Assembly: GCA_965205425.1 (NCBI GenBank)
Contig: CBDBGZ010000009.1
Location: forward strand, 128,001-192,000
DNA: 64,000 bases
DNA from: Nitrosopumilus sp.
GTDB lineage: Archaea > Thermoproteota > Nitrososphaeria > Nitrososphaerales > Nitrosopumilaceae
Reading direction: 5' to 3'
Shown: in pieces, positions 1 through 10,295 of the stretch
Layout of the letters: each line of letters opens with the position of its first letter
How positions within the stretch are numbered: position 1 is the first letter of the stretch
Translations under genes and position numbers: made by a program
The notes under the pieces: model-generated
Told to the model about the DNA's origin: nothing
What the model saw: the letters and a program-made list of their open reading frames with translations, nothing else
The model's database searches: none

Positions 1-153
1 TTCCATGTATTTTTTATTCACAAGTGCAATAATTTGATCTTCAGGGACATTAACTTTTTTTAATAATTTCCCACGTTGATGAGCATAAGCATTTTTCCAA
101 AATCCAGCACCATCTAAAGTTTCAATTTTTGGCATGTATTTAGTGGGTTTCAT
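1..153 (-). CDS. hypothetical protein, runs off window start (MKPTKYMPKIETLDGAGFWKNAYAHQRG...)
   Basis: Manual translation: open frame from ATG 153 to the window edge. Confidence 0.6.
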   Translation of the reverse strand, partial: MKPTKYMPKIETLDGAGFWKNAYAHQRGKLLKKVNVPEDQIIALVNKKYME

Positions 154-172
154 TTTATTTCAAATATTAAGT

Positions 173-251
173 GACTGTGACGGAAGAATGGCAAACGCCA
201 TTGGAACTGGAGTTAATGTTCCGGATTTTAGGCATGTTACCCATCACAGTC
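173..251. ncRNA. candidate structured RNA (multi-branch hairpin)
   Basis: 11-bp closing stem GACTGTGA(C/T)GG / CCATCACAGTC with two internal hairpins (AATGGC-AAAC-GCCATT; GGAAC..GTTCC); GC-richer than flanks. Confidence 0.35.
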
Positions 252-308
252 TATTTCAAATGCAGTAGGAATCTAATATATTTGATGTAGAGGCAATGAT
301 TGTAAGAC

Positions 309-725
309 ATGGCTACAATCGAAGTTGAGGTTGAAATTAATGCATCAATTGACAAAGTATGGGAAGTCGTCTCAGACATTGACAATGAACCAAAATTTTG
401 GAAGGGAACAAAAGAAGTTAGGAATATTTCCAAAGAAGGTAATACAATCAATAGAGAAGTAACAATAGCATTCAGAGATCAAAAATGCTTACAAGAAGTA
501 AAAATTCATCCAAAGGAAAAAATCAAAGCCAAATTTACAAAAGGCATTATTGATGGAGAGAAAATAATATCACTTACTTCAAAAAATGAAAAGACAATAC
601 TTTCAGCATATTGGGACATCAAATTAACTGGCATGATGAGCATGTTTACAGGTATGATTAAAAAACATATCAAAAGTGGAACAGAGCAAGCGATGCAAAG
701 CATCAAAGAAGAAATTGAGAGATAA
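309..725 (+). CDS. SRPBCC/START (polyketide cyclase-like) family protein
   Basis: IEVEVEINASIDKVWEVVSD..EPKFW N-terminal signature, 138 aa. Confidence 0.8.
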   Translation: MATIEVEVEINASIDKVWEVVSDIDNEPKFWKGTKEVRNISKEGNTINREVTIAFRDQKCLQEVKIHPKEKIKAKFTKGIIDGEKIISLTSKNEKTILSAYWDIKLTGMMSMFTGMIKKHIKSGTEQAMQSIKEEIER

Positions 726-730
726 GTTTC

Positions 731-1939
731 ATGGAAATAATTACAGATATTTTCAATTATGTAATAGTTGCAATTTTAATTGGGATTTGCGGAGCATGGG
801 TTTTTCTCATCAAATCAATGGCAGATTCGTTTAGATTAACACCACATCTAGATCAATTTGAAAATACATCGAAAACTAATCCTAAAGTATCAATTATTTT
901 ACCAGCTAGAAATGAAGAAGAATACATAGGAAAATGTCTAGATTCTCTAACCAAACAAAATTATGAAAATTATGAGATTATAGTAATAGATGATTCTTCA
1001 GAAGACTCTACTGGAAAAATAATTTCAGATTATTCAAAAAAACATCCAAACATCATACCAGTTTCTGCAAGACCCAAACCAGAAGGATGGATGGGGAAAA
1101 ATTGGGCATGTATGGAAGGATATCAAAAAGCATCAGGAGAATTATTACTTTTTACAGATGCAGATACAAAACATGCAGCGAATGTCATATCACTTGCAGT
1201 TTCACATTTGAATTCCTTTAATCTAGACGCATTATCATCCATTCCAAAAATGCTTACATTTGATTTTTGGACAAACATTACACTTCCCATGATTTCTACA
1301 TTTTTACACACAAGATTTTCAGCTTTGAATGTAAACAACCCGTCTAAAAAAACAGGATATTTTTTTGGCAGTTTTTTCATATTGAAAAAAAAGACATATC
1401 AAGAAATTGGAATGCATGAAGGAGTAAAACATGAAATAATTGAAGATGGAGCACTGGGTAAAAAAGTAAAAGAAGCAGGATACAAAATGAAAATGGTCAG
1501 AGGCGAACATCTGATCGAAGCAGTTTGGGCTCGAGACAAGGGTACATTATGGAATGCTCTAAAAAGATTGATGGTGCCATTGTATCTTCAAAGTGGAAAG
1601 ATTGCAATAGGGATATTTTTTGCCATAGTTTTTTTGTTGTTTGTACCATTTCCAATATTTGCAATATCATCGGCTTTACCAATAGAAACAACATCTGGAA
1701 AAATACTTTGTATTACATCAGCAATTGCATCAATTCTGATTTACATTGGTGCAGTTATTGAAGTAAAAGTAGGGTTGAAGTTAAAGTTAGTTTATGCCAT
1801 ATTTGCTCCACTTGGAAGCTTGGTAGTAATTTTAGGATTTTTGAGCGGATTATTACAAGCAAAAAGAGCATCATCAGTTACTTGGAGAGGAAGAAGTTAT
1901 TCGATGAAAGATCATTCTCAAAGTTCAATCAGTGTATAG
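731..1939 (+). CDS. glycosyltransferase family 2, membrane-anchored
   Basis: VSIILPARNEE, IDDSSED, FTDAD, IIEDG motifs; N- and C-terminal TM helices. Confidence 0.9.
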   Translation: MEIITDIFNYVIVAILIGICGAWVFLIKSMADSFRLTPHLDQFENTSKTNPKVSIILPARNEEEYIGKCLDSLTKQNYENYEIIVIDDSSEDSTGKIISDYSKKHPNIIPVSARPKPEGWMGKNWACMEGYQKASGELLLFTDADTKHAANVISLAVSHLNSFNLDALSSIPKMLTFDFWTNITLPMISTFLHTRFSALNVNNPSKKTGYFFGSFFILKKKTYQEIGMHEGVKHEIIEDGALGKKVKEAGYKMKMVRGEHLIEAVWARDKGTLWNALKRLMVPLYLQSGKIAIGIFFAIVFLLFVPFPIFAISSALPIETTSGKILCITSAIASILIYIGAVIEVKVGLKLKLVYAIFAPLGSLVVILGFLSGLLQAKRASSVTWRGRSYSMKDHSQSSISV

Positions 1940-1976
1940 CAAGCCTTTTAGATAGAAAATAAAAAATAAAAAATCT

Positions 1977-3110
1977 ATGGACAAATCAGGAATGATTGTA
2001 GGAGGAACTATAGGTGCTGCAATGGCATTAGTCATTGTTGCAGTACTGTTTATTTCACCACCAGAATCACTAAAACCAGAAACCAGTGAACCAATTCCAA
2101 TTGAAAAAATTATTCCGCCAGTTACAGATAGTTTGTCACTAATTGAAATTTTTGATAAATCAGAGCCAGGAGTGGTCAGAGTTAATGTTCAAAGAGAGAA
2201 ATCAGAAGATGTCAGAGGAGGAGTAGGATCCGGTTTTGTGTTTGATAAAAAAGGACACATCATAACAAATGCACACGTAGTAAAAGACGCAAACAAAGTC
2301 ACAGTAACATTTCTTGATGGCAGATCATATAATGCAGAAATTATTGGAACAGATGAATATACGGACATTGCAGTAATCAAAGTTAATGCAGATTTGGCAT
2401 TGTTGAATCCTCTATCAATTGGAGATTCTTCAAATCTTAAAGTAGGTGAGGGGATTGCAGCAATTGGAAATCCATTTGGGTTATCAGGATCTATGACATC
2501 AGGAATAATAAGTCAATTAGGAAGACTTCTTCCTTCAGGTACAGACCCAGCATATAATATCCCAGATGTAATTCAAACAGATGCGGCAATCAATCCAGGA
2601 AATTCTGGAGGGCCTCTACTCAACATGCGTGGAGAAATAGTTGGCATCAATACAGCTATACAATCAACCACAGGAAGCAATACAGGAGTAGGATTTGCAA
2701 TACCATCACAAACAGTAGCAAAAATTGTTCCAACATTAATTGAAAATGGAGAATACAAACACCCATGGATTGGAATTTCAGGTAGAGATATTGATCCAGA
2801 CATGGCAAAAGTTCTGAACTTGAAAGATGCCGTAGGATTTTTAGTGATTACAGTAGTTGAAGATAGTCCTGCATTTAACACAGGGTTGATTGGTTCTAAT
2901 AAAACCATCAACGTTGAGGGGGTTAACTATCCAATTGGAGGAGACGTAATTTTAGTAGTAGATGATATAGAAGTTAGAAAAATTGATGATATTCTGATTC
3001 ACCTACAAAGAGCAAAATCAGTAGGAGATGAAATGATCTTAGAAATACTAAGGGATGGAAGAACTACAAGTGTCACAATTGTACTTGAAGAAAGACCAAT
3101 TGGAAATTAA
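1977..3110 (+). CDS. HtrA/DegP-like trypsin serine protease with PDZ domain
   Basis: TNAHVV, DIAVIK, TDAAINPGNSGGPL motifs; C-terminal PDZ. Confidence 0.93.
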   Translation: MDKSGMIVGGTIGAAMALVIVAVLFISPPESLKPETSEPIPIEKIIPPVTDSLSLIEIFDKSEPGVVRVNVQREKSEDVRGGVGSGFVFDKKGHIITNAHVVKDANKVTVTFLDGRSYNAEIIGTDEYTDIAVIKVNADLALLNPLSIGDSSNLKVGEGIAAIGNPFGLSGSMTSGIISQLGRLLPSGTDPAYNIPDVIQTDAAINPGNSGGPLLNMRGEIVGINTAIQSTTGSNTGVGFAIPSQTVAKIVPTLIENGEYKHPWIGISGRDIDPDMAKVLNLKDAVGFLVITVVEDSPAFNTGLIGSNKTINVEGVNYPIGGDVILVVDDIEVRKIDDILIHLQRAKSVGDEMILEILRDGRTTSVTIVLEERPIGN

Positions 3111-3114
3111 TTCA

Positions 3115-4156
3115 TGTTCTTTCCAAAAATTATTTCGTGTCACTTTCATGAGTAATTCCTCCATAGAATACTTGGGTCTATGAGTATTTCGTTTGTTATC
3201 ATCTTGGAGTGATACGCATCAGATGGTGTCTCCATATTATCCAAGTCTAGTGCGCCATGAACTCTAATGTGATTGTACCAATGCATAAACTGCTCCACTG
3301 ACTCAAAGTATTCTATTTTACACTCAAAGATATCCCAGAACTTTTCTAGCTTACCATTTGTTTGTGGATGTCTCACTCTTGTACGAGAGTGCTTTACGTG
3401 ATGTCTCATTAGTTGCTGCTCAAAGTCTACTGGCTTGTTATGATCAAGAGTATTGACATTTGATGTGAACTGTTTTCCATTATCAGATAGTACGGATGCT
3501 GGTCTACCGTGATTCTTTATTGCATCAGATAGTACTGCAGAAGAATTCACAGATGTTGCCTCATCATACACTCCGAAACCCGTGATAAATCGTGAGGCAT
3601 CATCTTCAAATGCAATTAGTTGTTTTCCTGCCCAGCGTGAATCATGTATTGTGTGCCAGTCAGTATGCCACAGTGAATTTGAATATTCACGTTCATACCT
3701 GATCCACTTTCTTCTCATCTTTTTCCGTGGTTGCTCAACTGATAATCCTTCATCTAGCATAATCTTGTGGATGCGATTGTGGTTTATCTTGGTATTGTAC
3801 AATTTTGATATGATTTTCTCAAGGTATAGTGCGTTTGTATGAAATTTTTCTTGAACTTGTTTGACTAGCTCTATCTCGTGTACAGTGACTGGCTTTTTTG
3901 GACGCCCTGGCCTTTTGAGTGTGGGAATCTTTTTGGTTTTTTTGTACTGAGAGTAGACTTGTTGTACTCTTCTAGGCGTTATCTTGAGGATTACTGAAAT
4001 ATCTAAATTCTTGACTTTTTCATTTTTAGATTGTATAATCCACCTGATCTTATTCTCATCTAACTTTACCATAGGCATGCCACGATACCCACGCATACGA
4101 TAGTATGGGAATGATGCTCTCCTAGTTAAGGGGTGAAATAATTTCCGGAAAAGATA
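3115..4156 (-). mobile_element. IS481-family element A, copy 1 (1042 bp)
   Basis: Imperfect TIRs TGTTCTTTCCAAAAATTATTTC / TATCTTTTCCGGAAATTATTTC; 15-bp direct repeat TTGGAAATTAATTCA at 3100-3114 and 4157-4171. Confidence 0.92.
3146..4096 (-). CDS. IS481-family DDE transposase (likely start ATG 4072, MVKLDE)
   Basis: WHTDW, FEDDASR, LSDNGKQF, HPQTNGKLE, YNHIRVH integrase-core motifs. Confidence 0.92.
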   Translation of the reverse strand: MRGYRGMPMVKLDENKIRWIIQSKNEKVKNLDISVILKITPRRVQQVYSQYKKTKKIPTLKRPGRPKKPVTVHEIELVKQVQEKFHTNALYLEKIISKLYNTKINHNRIHKIMLDEGLSVEQPRKKMRRKWIRYEREYSNSLWHTDWHTIHDSRWAGKQLIAFEDDASRFITGFGVYDEATSVNSSAVLSDAIKNHGRPASVLSDNGKQFTSNVNTLDHNKPVDFEQQLMRHHVKHSRTRVRHPQTNGKLEKFWDIFECKIEYFESVEQFMHWYNHIRVHGALDLDNMETPSDAYHSKMITNEILIDPSILWRNYS

Positions 4157-4209
4157 TTGGAAATTAATTCAATACAAGCATAAATACTTCTTAGCAAGAA
4201 ATTCTTCTG

Positions 4210-5379
4210 TTGAACAATCTTGTCTTTGACTCTGAGAGTTTAAACAATGTTTTAGAGAATAAGCAGATATCTCATCAAGAAGCATTAGAAGTTTATCAAA
4301 AGGCAACTGAGAATCCAAATGAATTATTTTCAGTAGCACAGAATTTGAGAAAGAAATTCAAAAAAGAGACAGTAACATTCTCGAAAAAGGCATTTTTCAA
4401 TATTGTAAATCTCTGTAAAGATACATGTTCCTATTGTACTTACAAATCAGAACCAGGCGAAGCAAAGCTTTCTTTAATGTCAAAACAACAAATTTTAGAA
4501 TTATTAACACTTGCAAAAAAGTATAGATGTGTAGAAACACTTTTTGTGACAGGTGAACAACCAGAACAAAGATATCAGGAGGCTAGAGATTGGTTGAAAA
4601 TAAATGGATTCAAATCTACTGCAGAATATCTAATTCATTCTTCAGAACTCGCTTTAGAAACAGGGTTATTTCCACATACAAACGCAGGTAATCTAAATTA
4701 CCAAGAGATGAAAGAGTTGAAAAAAACAAATGTTTCGATGGGCATTATGCTTGAAAATGTTAGTGAAAGGTTAACAGAAAAAGGAATGCCACATTATTTG
4801 GCTGCAAGTAAAAGACCAAAAGCAAGATTAGAGATTTTGGAGAATTCTGGAAAACTAGGCATTCCAATGACTACAGGAATTCTTGTAGGGATTGGAGAAA
4901 CAATGAATGAAATAATTGATTCATTATTTGCAATCAAAAAACTAAATGATAAACATGGAAACATACAAGAAATCATTTTACAAAACTTTCAACCCAAACC
5001 AGATACCAAAATGGAAGATGAACCATCAGCTGATGAGAAATATTTCAAATTGGTTGTTGCACTATCAAGAATCATTATGCCACAGATGAACATACAGATT
5101 CCACCAAACCTATCTCCAAAATCATATCAAAGTTTCTTATCAGTTGGAATAAATGATTGGGGAGGAATATCTCCACTTACACCAGATTTTGTTAATCCAG
5201 AATTTGTTTGGCCTGAAATTGACAAAGTTGAGGATAATTCAAAAAAAGCAGGTTATGATTTAAAATGTAGATTCCCAATATACCCAGAATATTTTTCTTT
5301 TATTAGCAAAGAGTTAAGAGATAAGATATCAATCATTGAAAATGAGGAAGGATTCGTAAAAGAGGAATATTGGAGATGA
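4210..5379 (+). CDS. cofG: FO synthase subunit CofG (radical SAM)
   Basis: CKDTCSYC, PHTNAG, TTGILVGIGE, IQIPPNL, INDWGGISP. Confidence 0.92.
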   Translation: MNNLVFDSESLNNVLENKQISHQEALEVYQKATENPNELFSVAQNLRKKFKKETVTFSKKAFFNIVNLCKDTCSYCTYKSEPGEAKLSLMSKQQILELLTLAKKYRCVETLFVTGEQPEQRYQEARDWLKINGFKSTAEYLIHSSELALETGLFPHTNAGNLNYQEMKELKKTNVSMGIMLENVSERLTEKGMPHYLAASKRPKARLEILENSGKLGIPMTTGILVGIGETMNEIIDSLFAIKKLNDKHGNIQEIILQNFQPKPDTKMEDEPSADEKYFKLVVALSRIIMPQMNIQIPPNLSPKSYQSFLSVGINDWGGISPLTPDFVNPEFVWPEIDKVEDNSKKAGYDLKCRFPIYPEYFSFISKELRDKISIIENEEGFVKEEYWR

Positions 5380-6632
5380 CAATCAACATAGATTCACTTT
5401 TCAAAAATGCCGATCCGGTAGTTGCAGATATTCTACACAACGCATTATCTGAAAAAGAGGTATCAGTCAAAGAAGGATTAGAATTATTCAATGTCAAAGG
5501 AATAGATTTTCATCTAGTAGGTCTAGTTGCAGATGAATTAAGGAGGAGAAGAGTAGGAGATGTAGTATCATATGTTGTTAACAGAAATATCAATTTTACA
5601 AATGTCTGTATCAAACAATGTGGTTTTTGTGCATTTAGCAGAGATTTCAGAGAAGAAGAAGGATACTTTTTACCTAATGAAGAGATAGTGCGTAGAGCAA
5701 AAGAAGCATACCAATTAGGTGCAACTGAAGTATGCATTCAAGCAGGGCTTCCACCAGACATGAAAGGAGATTTGTATGAAAATATTTGCAGATATATCAA
5801 AAAAGAAATTCCAGATATTCACATTCATGGATTTTCTCCTGAAGAGATCCTATATGGTGCAACCCGTTCAAACGTTTCAATTAAAGAATTTTTGAAAAGG
5901 ATGAAAGAAGCTGGAGTGAACACACTTCCAGGAACTTCAGCTGAAATTCTAGATCAAAAACTTAGAGACAAAATTTCACCTGGTAGAATAACCGTAGAAG
6001 ATTGGGAGACAGTCATCAAAAGTGCTCACAAGATGGGGATCAATACCACCTCAACTATGATGTTTGGTCATTTAGAAACACTAGAGGACAGAGTAAAACA
6101 TATTGCAAAATTAAGAGATATTCAAAAAGAGACGGGAGGATTTACAGAATTCGTACCACTAAATTTCATCCACACAGAAGCACCAATGTACAAACATGAA
6201 TTACATGAAGGTATAAGGCAAGGAGGAAGTGGAAATGATGTTTTGCTTACCCATGCCGTTTCACGAATAATGTTGAATAATTCTATTGATAATTTACAAA
6301 TGTCATGGGTTAAAGAAGGACAAAAAATGTCTCAACTATTGTTAATGTGGGGAGCAAATGACTTTGGAGGTACTCTAATCAATGAAAGCATCTCTACATC
6401 TGCAGGTTCAGAATACGGTCAATTACTAAAACCTAAAGAAATTAGAAGAATGGTAAAAGAAATTGGAAGAGTGCCAGCTGAAAGAAATACACATTATAAA
6501 ATTCTAAAAAGATTTGACGGAGAAGAAGAAATAGATGACAAGTTAGATAACGTTACAGATTCTCAATTTGGATCATATGTAGAGTTGGTAAAAATAAACA
6601 AATTCAATTATAAAAATCCAAGGAAGCAATAA
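5370..6632 (+). CDS. cofH: FO synthase subunit CofH (radical SAM)
   Basis: VVNRNINFTNVCIKQCGFCAF, LPGTSAEIL, GANDFGGTL; adjacent to cofG. Confidence 0.92.
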   Translation: MEMTINIDSLFKNADPVVADILHNALSEKEVSVKEGLELFNVKGIDFHLVGLVADELRRRRVGDVVSYVVNRNINFTNVCIKQCGFCAFSRDFREEEGYFLPNEEIVRRAKEAYQLGATEVCIQAGLPPDMKGDLYENICRYIKKEIPDIHIHGFSPEEILYGATRSNVSIKEFLKRMKEAGVNTLPGTSAEILDQKLRDKISPGRITVEDWETVIKSAHKMGINTTSTMMFGHLETLEDRVKHIAKLRDIQKETGGFTEFVPLNFIHTEAPMYKHELHEGIRQGGSGNDVLLTHAVSRIMLNNSIDNLQMSWVKEGQKMSQLLLMWGANDFGGTLINESISTSAGSEYGQLLKPKEIRRMVKEIGRVPAERNTHYKILKRFDGEEEIDDKLDNVTDSQFGSYVELVKINKFNYKNPRKQ

Positions 6633-6633
6633 T

Positions 6634-7992
6634 TTGTCAGCCTTAGAAAAGGCACTTAGTCATTCAAAAAAAATAGGAATAGATGAATGTGACGTTATCA
6701 GAGTAAAGAAAAAGATCACAACAGTCAGAATTACAGATTCAGAAATTGCAGAGATTAAACAAAATTTTGATGAGAGTTTTGGCATCAGGTTAATTCAGGA
6801 TAAAAAAATTTCATCTATGGAAACAACAAACGAAGATGAAATAGAGCAAACAATAGATAATGCATTTAAATCATCATCCAATCTTAAACCAAGGGAATTT
6901 TGGAGGGGGTTACCATACAAAGTAGAACATAAAACACTTGATGGAACATTTGATGAAAAACTAGATCAGATTTCAGGCTCTGGGAGTATGGATATCGCAC
7001 AAAGTATGATTAATTCAGCCAACAATGATAAAATTAATACGATTACAGGATCATTAAATGTTGTATCAGAGAACTTTGAATTAATGAATTCAAACGGATT
7101 AAATTTCAAAGATAAAGCCACATACATTTCAGGAATAATTAATGCAGAATCAGAACAAGGAATACTTCCAGTATCAGGAATAGGACATGCAAGTGGAAGA
7201 ACATTGGCAAACTTTTCTGCAGAACAAACAGGAATTGATGCTAAAACAATGTGTGTTGAATCAATAAATCCACAAAAAGTAGATTCAGATTCATATTCTA
7301 TAATTTTTGAGCCATATTCGGTAGGAGAGTTATTAGCATTTGTAGTAGCTGCTAATTTCAATTTTAAAGCATTTAAAGAAAAGAAAAGTTGTTTTTCAAA
7401 CAATTATGAAAAAGAAATTGCAGTGGAACAACTTAGTTTAATTGATGACCCACACATTCCAGAAGGAATTGGAACAAAATCAGTAGATGATGAAGGAGTT
7501 GAAACTAGAAAAAGAAGTTTAATAGAAAACGGGATTTTTAAAAATACATATTCAAATCTGTTTGACAGTTACAAAGAAGGTGAAGAATCAACAGGCAATG
7601 CATCACGGCCAAGTTCACCAATGGGAAGAAGTACAGAACCAATTCCAATGTCTGCCCCACACAATCTCAAAATTATGTCAGGCGAACAATCTCAAGAAGA
7701 AATGATCAAAGAGACTAAACATGGGATTTTAGTAGGAAGATTATGGTACACATATGCTGTAAATCCAATTAGAGGAGATTTTTCATGTACTGCAAGAAGT
7801 GGAATTAAAATTATTAAAAATGGGGAAATAGTGGGTCCAGGAAAATCAGTGAGAATAATTCACAATCTACCTACAATGATGAAAAATATTTCAGCCATTG
7901 GAGACAATCAAAAAAATGTTATTCAATGGGCATCACTGCCATCAATTACACCATCAATAAAGGCTGAGAATATCGCAGTGAATTCAATATAA
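6634..7992 (+). CDS. TldE/PmbA family protein
   Basis: DDEGV..LIENG, STGNA, GDFS motifs; no HExxxH. Confidence 0.85.
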   Translation: MSALEKALSHSKKIGIDECDVIRVKKKITTVRITDSEIAEIKQNFDESFGIRLIQDKKISSMETTNEDEIEQTIDNAFKSSSNLKPREFWRGLPYKVEHKTLDGTFDEKLDQISGSGSMDIAQSMINSANNDKINTITGSLNVVSENFELMNSNGLNFKDKATYISGIINAESEQGILPVSGIGHASGRTLANFSAEQTGIDAKTMCVESINPQKVDSDSYSIIFEPYSVGELLAFVVAANFNFKAFKEKKSCFSNNYEKEIAVEQLSLIDDPHIPEGIGTKSVDDEGVETRKRSLIENGIFKNTYSNLFDSYKEGEESTGNASRPSSPMGRSTEPIPMSAPHNLKIMSGEQSQEEMIKETKHGILVGRLWYTYAVNPIRGDFSCTARSGIKIIKNGEIVGPGKSVRIIHNLPTMMKNISAIGDNQKNVIQWASLPSITPSIKAENIAVNSI

Positions 7993-8012
7993 AATGAAAA
8001 TTTAGGCACAAA

Positions 8013-8948
8013 TTACTTGAAAAATGTGACTGCCAAATATACAACATATCCAATTGTAAGACAAACCCCCATAGCCCTTCCAATTATTCCAGTTTTCAGA
8101 GCAATTAGAAGGGATAAACTGAAGATAATCATTATTGCATAGTCAACATAGACATCAGCGCCAACCATCACACCACCAAGGGCTGCACCCACTCCCATGA
8201 TCATCAAAATATTGTAAATATTACTTCCAATGATATTTCCAACGCCAATATCAGCATGACCCTTTCTAATTGCAATAATAGATGTAATTAATTCTGGAAG
8301 AGAGGTTCCAATTGCAATAACAGTTAATCCAATTATTTTTTCAGATAATCCAAATTCTGTAGCCAACACAACAGCATTATCAACTGTAAGTCTAGCACCA
8401 ATATACAAAAGAATAACACCTATGCCAATTAATCCAGCAGATTTTAGATATACATTATTTTTACCGGGTTCTGTTTTTTCTTTATTGTCTACTCTCTGCC
8501 TCATTGCATTTTTGAAGGTATAAAATGTAAACACCCCCAAGCCAACAAGCAATAAGAATCCATCATATTGAGAAAGTTCACCATCAATGGAAAGTAAAAC
8601 TAAAAGTAATGAAACCCCAAGCATTATTGGAATTTCTTTTTTTAAGATAGATTTTCTTACAACAAGTGGAACAAAGATTGCAGCAATACCAATAACCATA
8701 CCAACATTTGCAATATTACTTCCAATAATATTTCCAAGAATTATTGCACTGTGTTCTCCAGCTGCAGCAACACTTGCTGCAAGTTCAGGAGTTGAAGTAC
8801 CATATGCAACAATGGTCATTCCAATTATCAAGTTACTAATACGGAATTTTTTTGCGATTGTTACACCGCCGCTAACTAACCAGTTACCACCAAAACATAA
8901 CATAATTAATCCAACTACAGTTAGTATAGCACTTATTGCAATTTCCAC
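8013..8948 (-). CDS. calcium/sodium antiporter (YrbG/CaCA)
   Basis: Two alpha repeats GTSTPEL..GNIIGSN and GTSLPEL..GNIIGSN. Confidence 0.92.
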   Translation of the reverse strand: MEIAISAILTVVGLIMLCFGGNWLVSGGVTIAKKFRISNLIIGMTIVAYGTSTPELAASVAAAGEHSAIILGNIIGSNIANVGMVIGIAAIFVPLVVRKSILKKEIPIMLGVSLLLVLLSIDGELSQYDGFLLLVGLGVFTFYTFKNAMRQRVDNKEKTEPGKNNVYLKSAGLIGIGVILLYIGARLTVDNAVVLATEFGLSEKIIGLTVIAIGTSLPELITSIIAIRKGHADIGVGNIIGSNIYNILMIMGVGAALGGVMVGADVYVDYAIMIIFSLSLLIALKTGIIGRAMGVCLTIGYVVYLAVTFFK

Positions 8949-9110
8949 AAATTGATTTTGAGTTTTGGTTGTTTAAATCAGGTGATATACTATAATTTCA
9001 CAATTCAAACAATTCAAGCTAATTCCAAAATAACCGATCTAGTCACGATCAGGTGTAAAAAAACCAGCTGAGAAGATCAACAAAACTCATATCAAACACT
9101 AATAAGGTAA

Positions 9111-9131
9111 CATACCGTACTATACGGTATG
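9111..9131. promoter_or_regulatory. perfect inverted repeat overlapping the start of a wHTH gene (candidate operator)
   Basis: CATACCGTA-CTA-TACGGTATG. Confidence 0.5.
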
Positions 9132-9485
9132 ATGCGAGCAAGACTAACATATGTGCCACTAGAAGTGGCAGATCAATTTGAGGATTTTATCATACAAAGA
9201 GATGAACAAGTTCTCGATGCAGTAAAAGCAAGGACAAAAGATTACAGTACGTTATCTTTATTGAAATTATTATACCAATTAAGAGGAAGTCCCATGACAT
9301 TTTCTGATTTGTATTCAAAGTCAAAGATAAGAATGAAAAAATCATTTTTGAATTACTTACACTTGTGTGTAGACTACAAATTTATCGAAAAAGAAGCAGT
9401 AGGGGCAAATATGATCTACACAATTACAGACAAGGGAAGGGTCATGTTGAATCTATTCATGCAAAAAAATGATTATGCATGTTGA
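9129..9485 (+). CDS. winged helix-turn-helix protein
   Basis: MTFSDL..YLHLC...FIEK...YTITDKGR wing motif. Confidence 0.75.
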   Translation: MMRARLTYVPLEVADQFEDFIIQRDEQVLDAVKARTKDYSTLSLLKLLYQLRGSPMTFSDLYSKSKIRMKKSFLNYLHLCVDYKFIEKEAVGANMIYTITDKGRVMLNLFMQKNDYAC

Positions 9486-9520
9486 CAAAAGTAATTAATC
9501 AGAACAAATCGACGTAAACA

Positions 9521-10246
9521 GTGCAAAAAGAATTTCCAGAAGCTGAAGTCTTTGAAATCAAAAAGGCAGAATTAAAAAGTCCCATAATTTTTGCAGGATT
9601 TGTAGGAGCAGGTCTAGTAGGACCAGTTGCAATTAATCACATCATTGCAGAATTGGAAATGGATGAAATTGCAGTAATGAGATCAAAATATCTTCCACCA
9701 TCAACTGTTTTCATGAGAGGTAGATTGCGACACCCATTTCGATTTTATGCAAATAAAGAAGGAACCGTGTGTGCAATAATTTGTGAGATAACATTGAGAA
9801 TGGAGGGATTATACACATTGGTATCTTCAATTTTAGATTGGGCAGCCCAAAAAGGTTCCAAAGAAATTGTAATTTTAGACGGAGTTGCAAGTACAGAGCA
9901 TGATAATAAAGCATATTGTGCAGCAGAGGAAGATTTGGTAAGGACTATGGCAGACAAAGGCATCAGCATGATCCCACAAGGATTCATCACAGGAATACCA
10001 GGAGGTCTACTAAATGAGTGCCTAGTAAGGGAAATTCAAGGATTAACCCTATTGGCAAAAGCAAACAAAGAAGCACCAGATTCAGCAGCAGCTAAAACTC
10101 TGATAGAGGCAGTAAATCGATTCTATGATATGAAAATAGACACATCTGAACTGCAAAAAGAGAAAGACAGAATTCATTCAGAATTTAGCGAATTGTCTCA
10201 GAAATACGTAGAACACAGAGAAGAGATAGCTGGCATGTACATGTGA
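9521..10246 (+). CDS. proteasome assembly chaperone PAC2 family protein
   Basis: GFVGAGLVG, PFRFY, ITGIPGGLL, PDSAAA. Confidence 0.87.
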   Translation: MQKEFPEAEVFEIKKAELKSPIIFAGFVGAGLVGPVAINHIIAELEMDEIAVMRSKYLPPSTVFMRGRLRHPFRFYANKEGTVCAIICEITLRMEGLYTLVSSILDWAAQKGSKEIVILDGVASTEHDNKAYCAAEEDLVRTMADKGISMIPQGFITGIPGGLLNECLVREIQGLTLLAKANKEAPDSAAAKTLIEAVNRFYDMKIDTSELQKEKDRIHSEFSELSQKYVEHREEIAGMYM

Positions 10247-10295
10247 TCGAAACCATAGGCAAATTCTTTTATTCATATCAGATACGCAACAAACT

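Noticed and set aside
173..251. tRNA or C/D RNA interpretation of the hairpin
   Set aside because: No T-loop/anticodon geometry and no CUGA boxes
3582..3842. 86-aa plus-strand ORF present in all three IS481 copies
   Set aside because: Antisense to the transposase; recurs only because the IS is repeated
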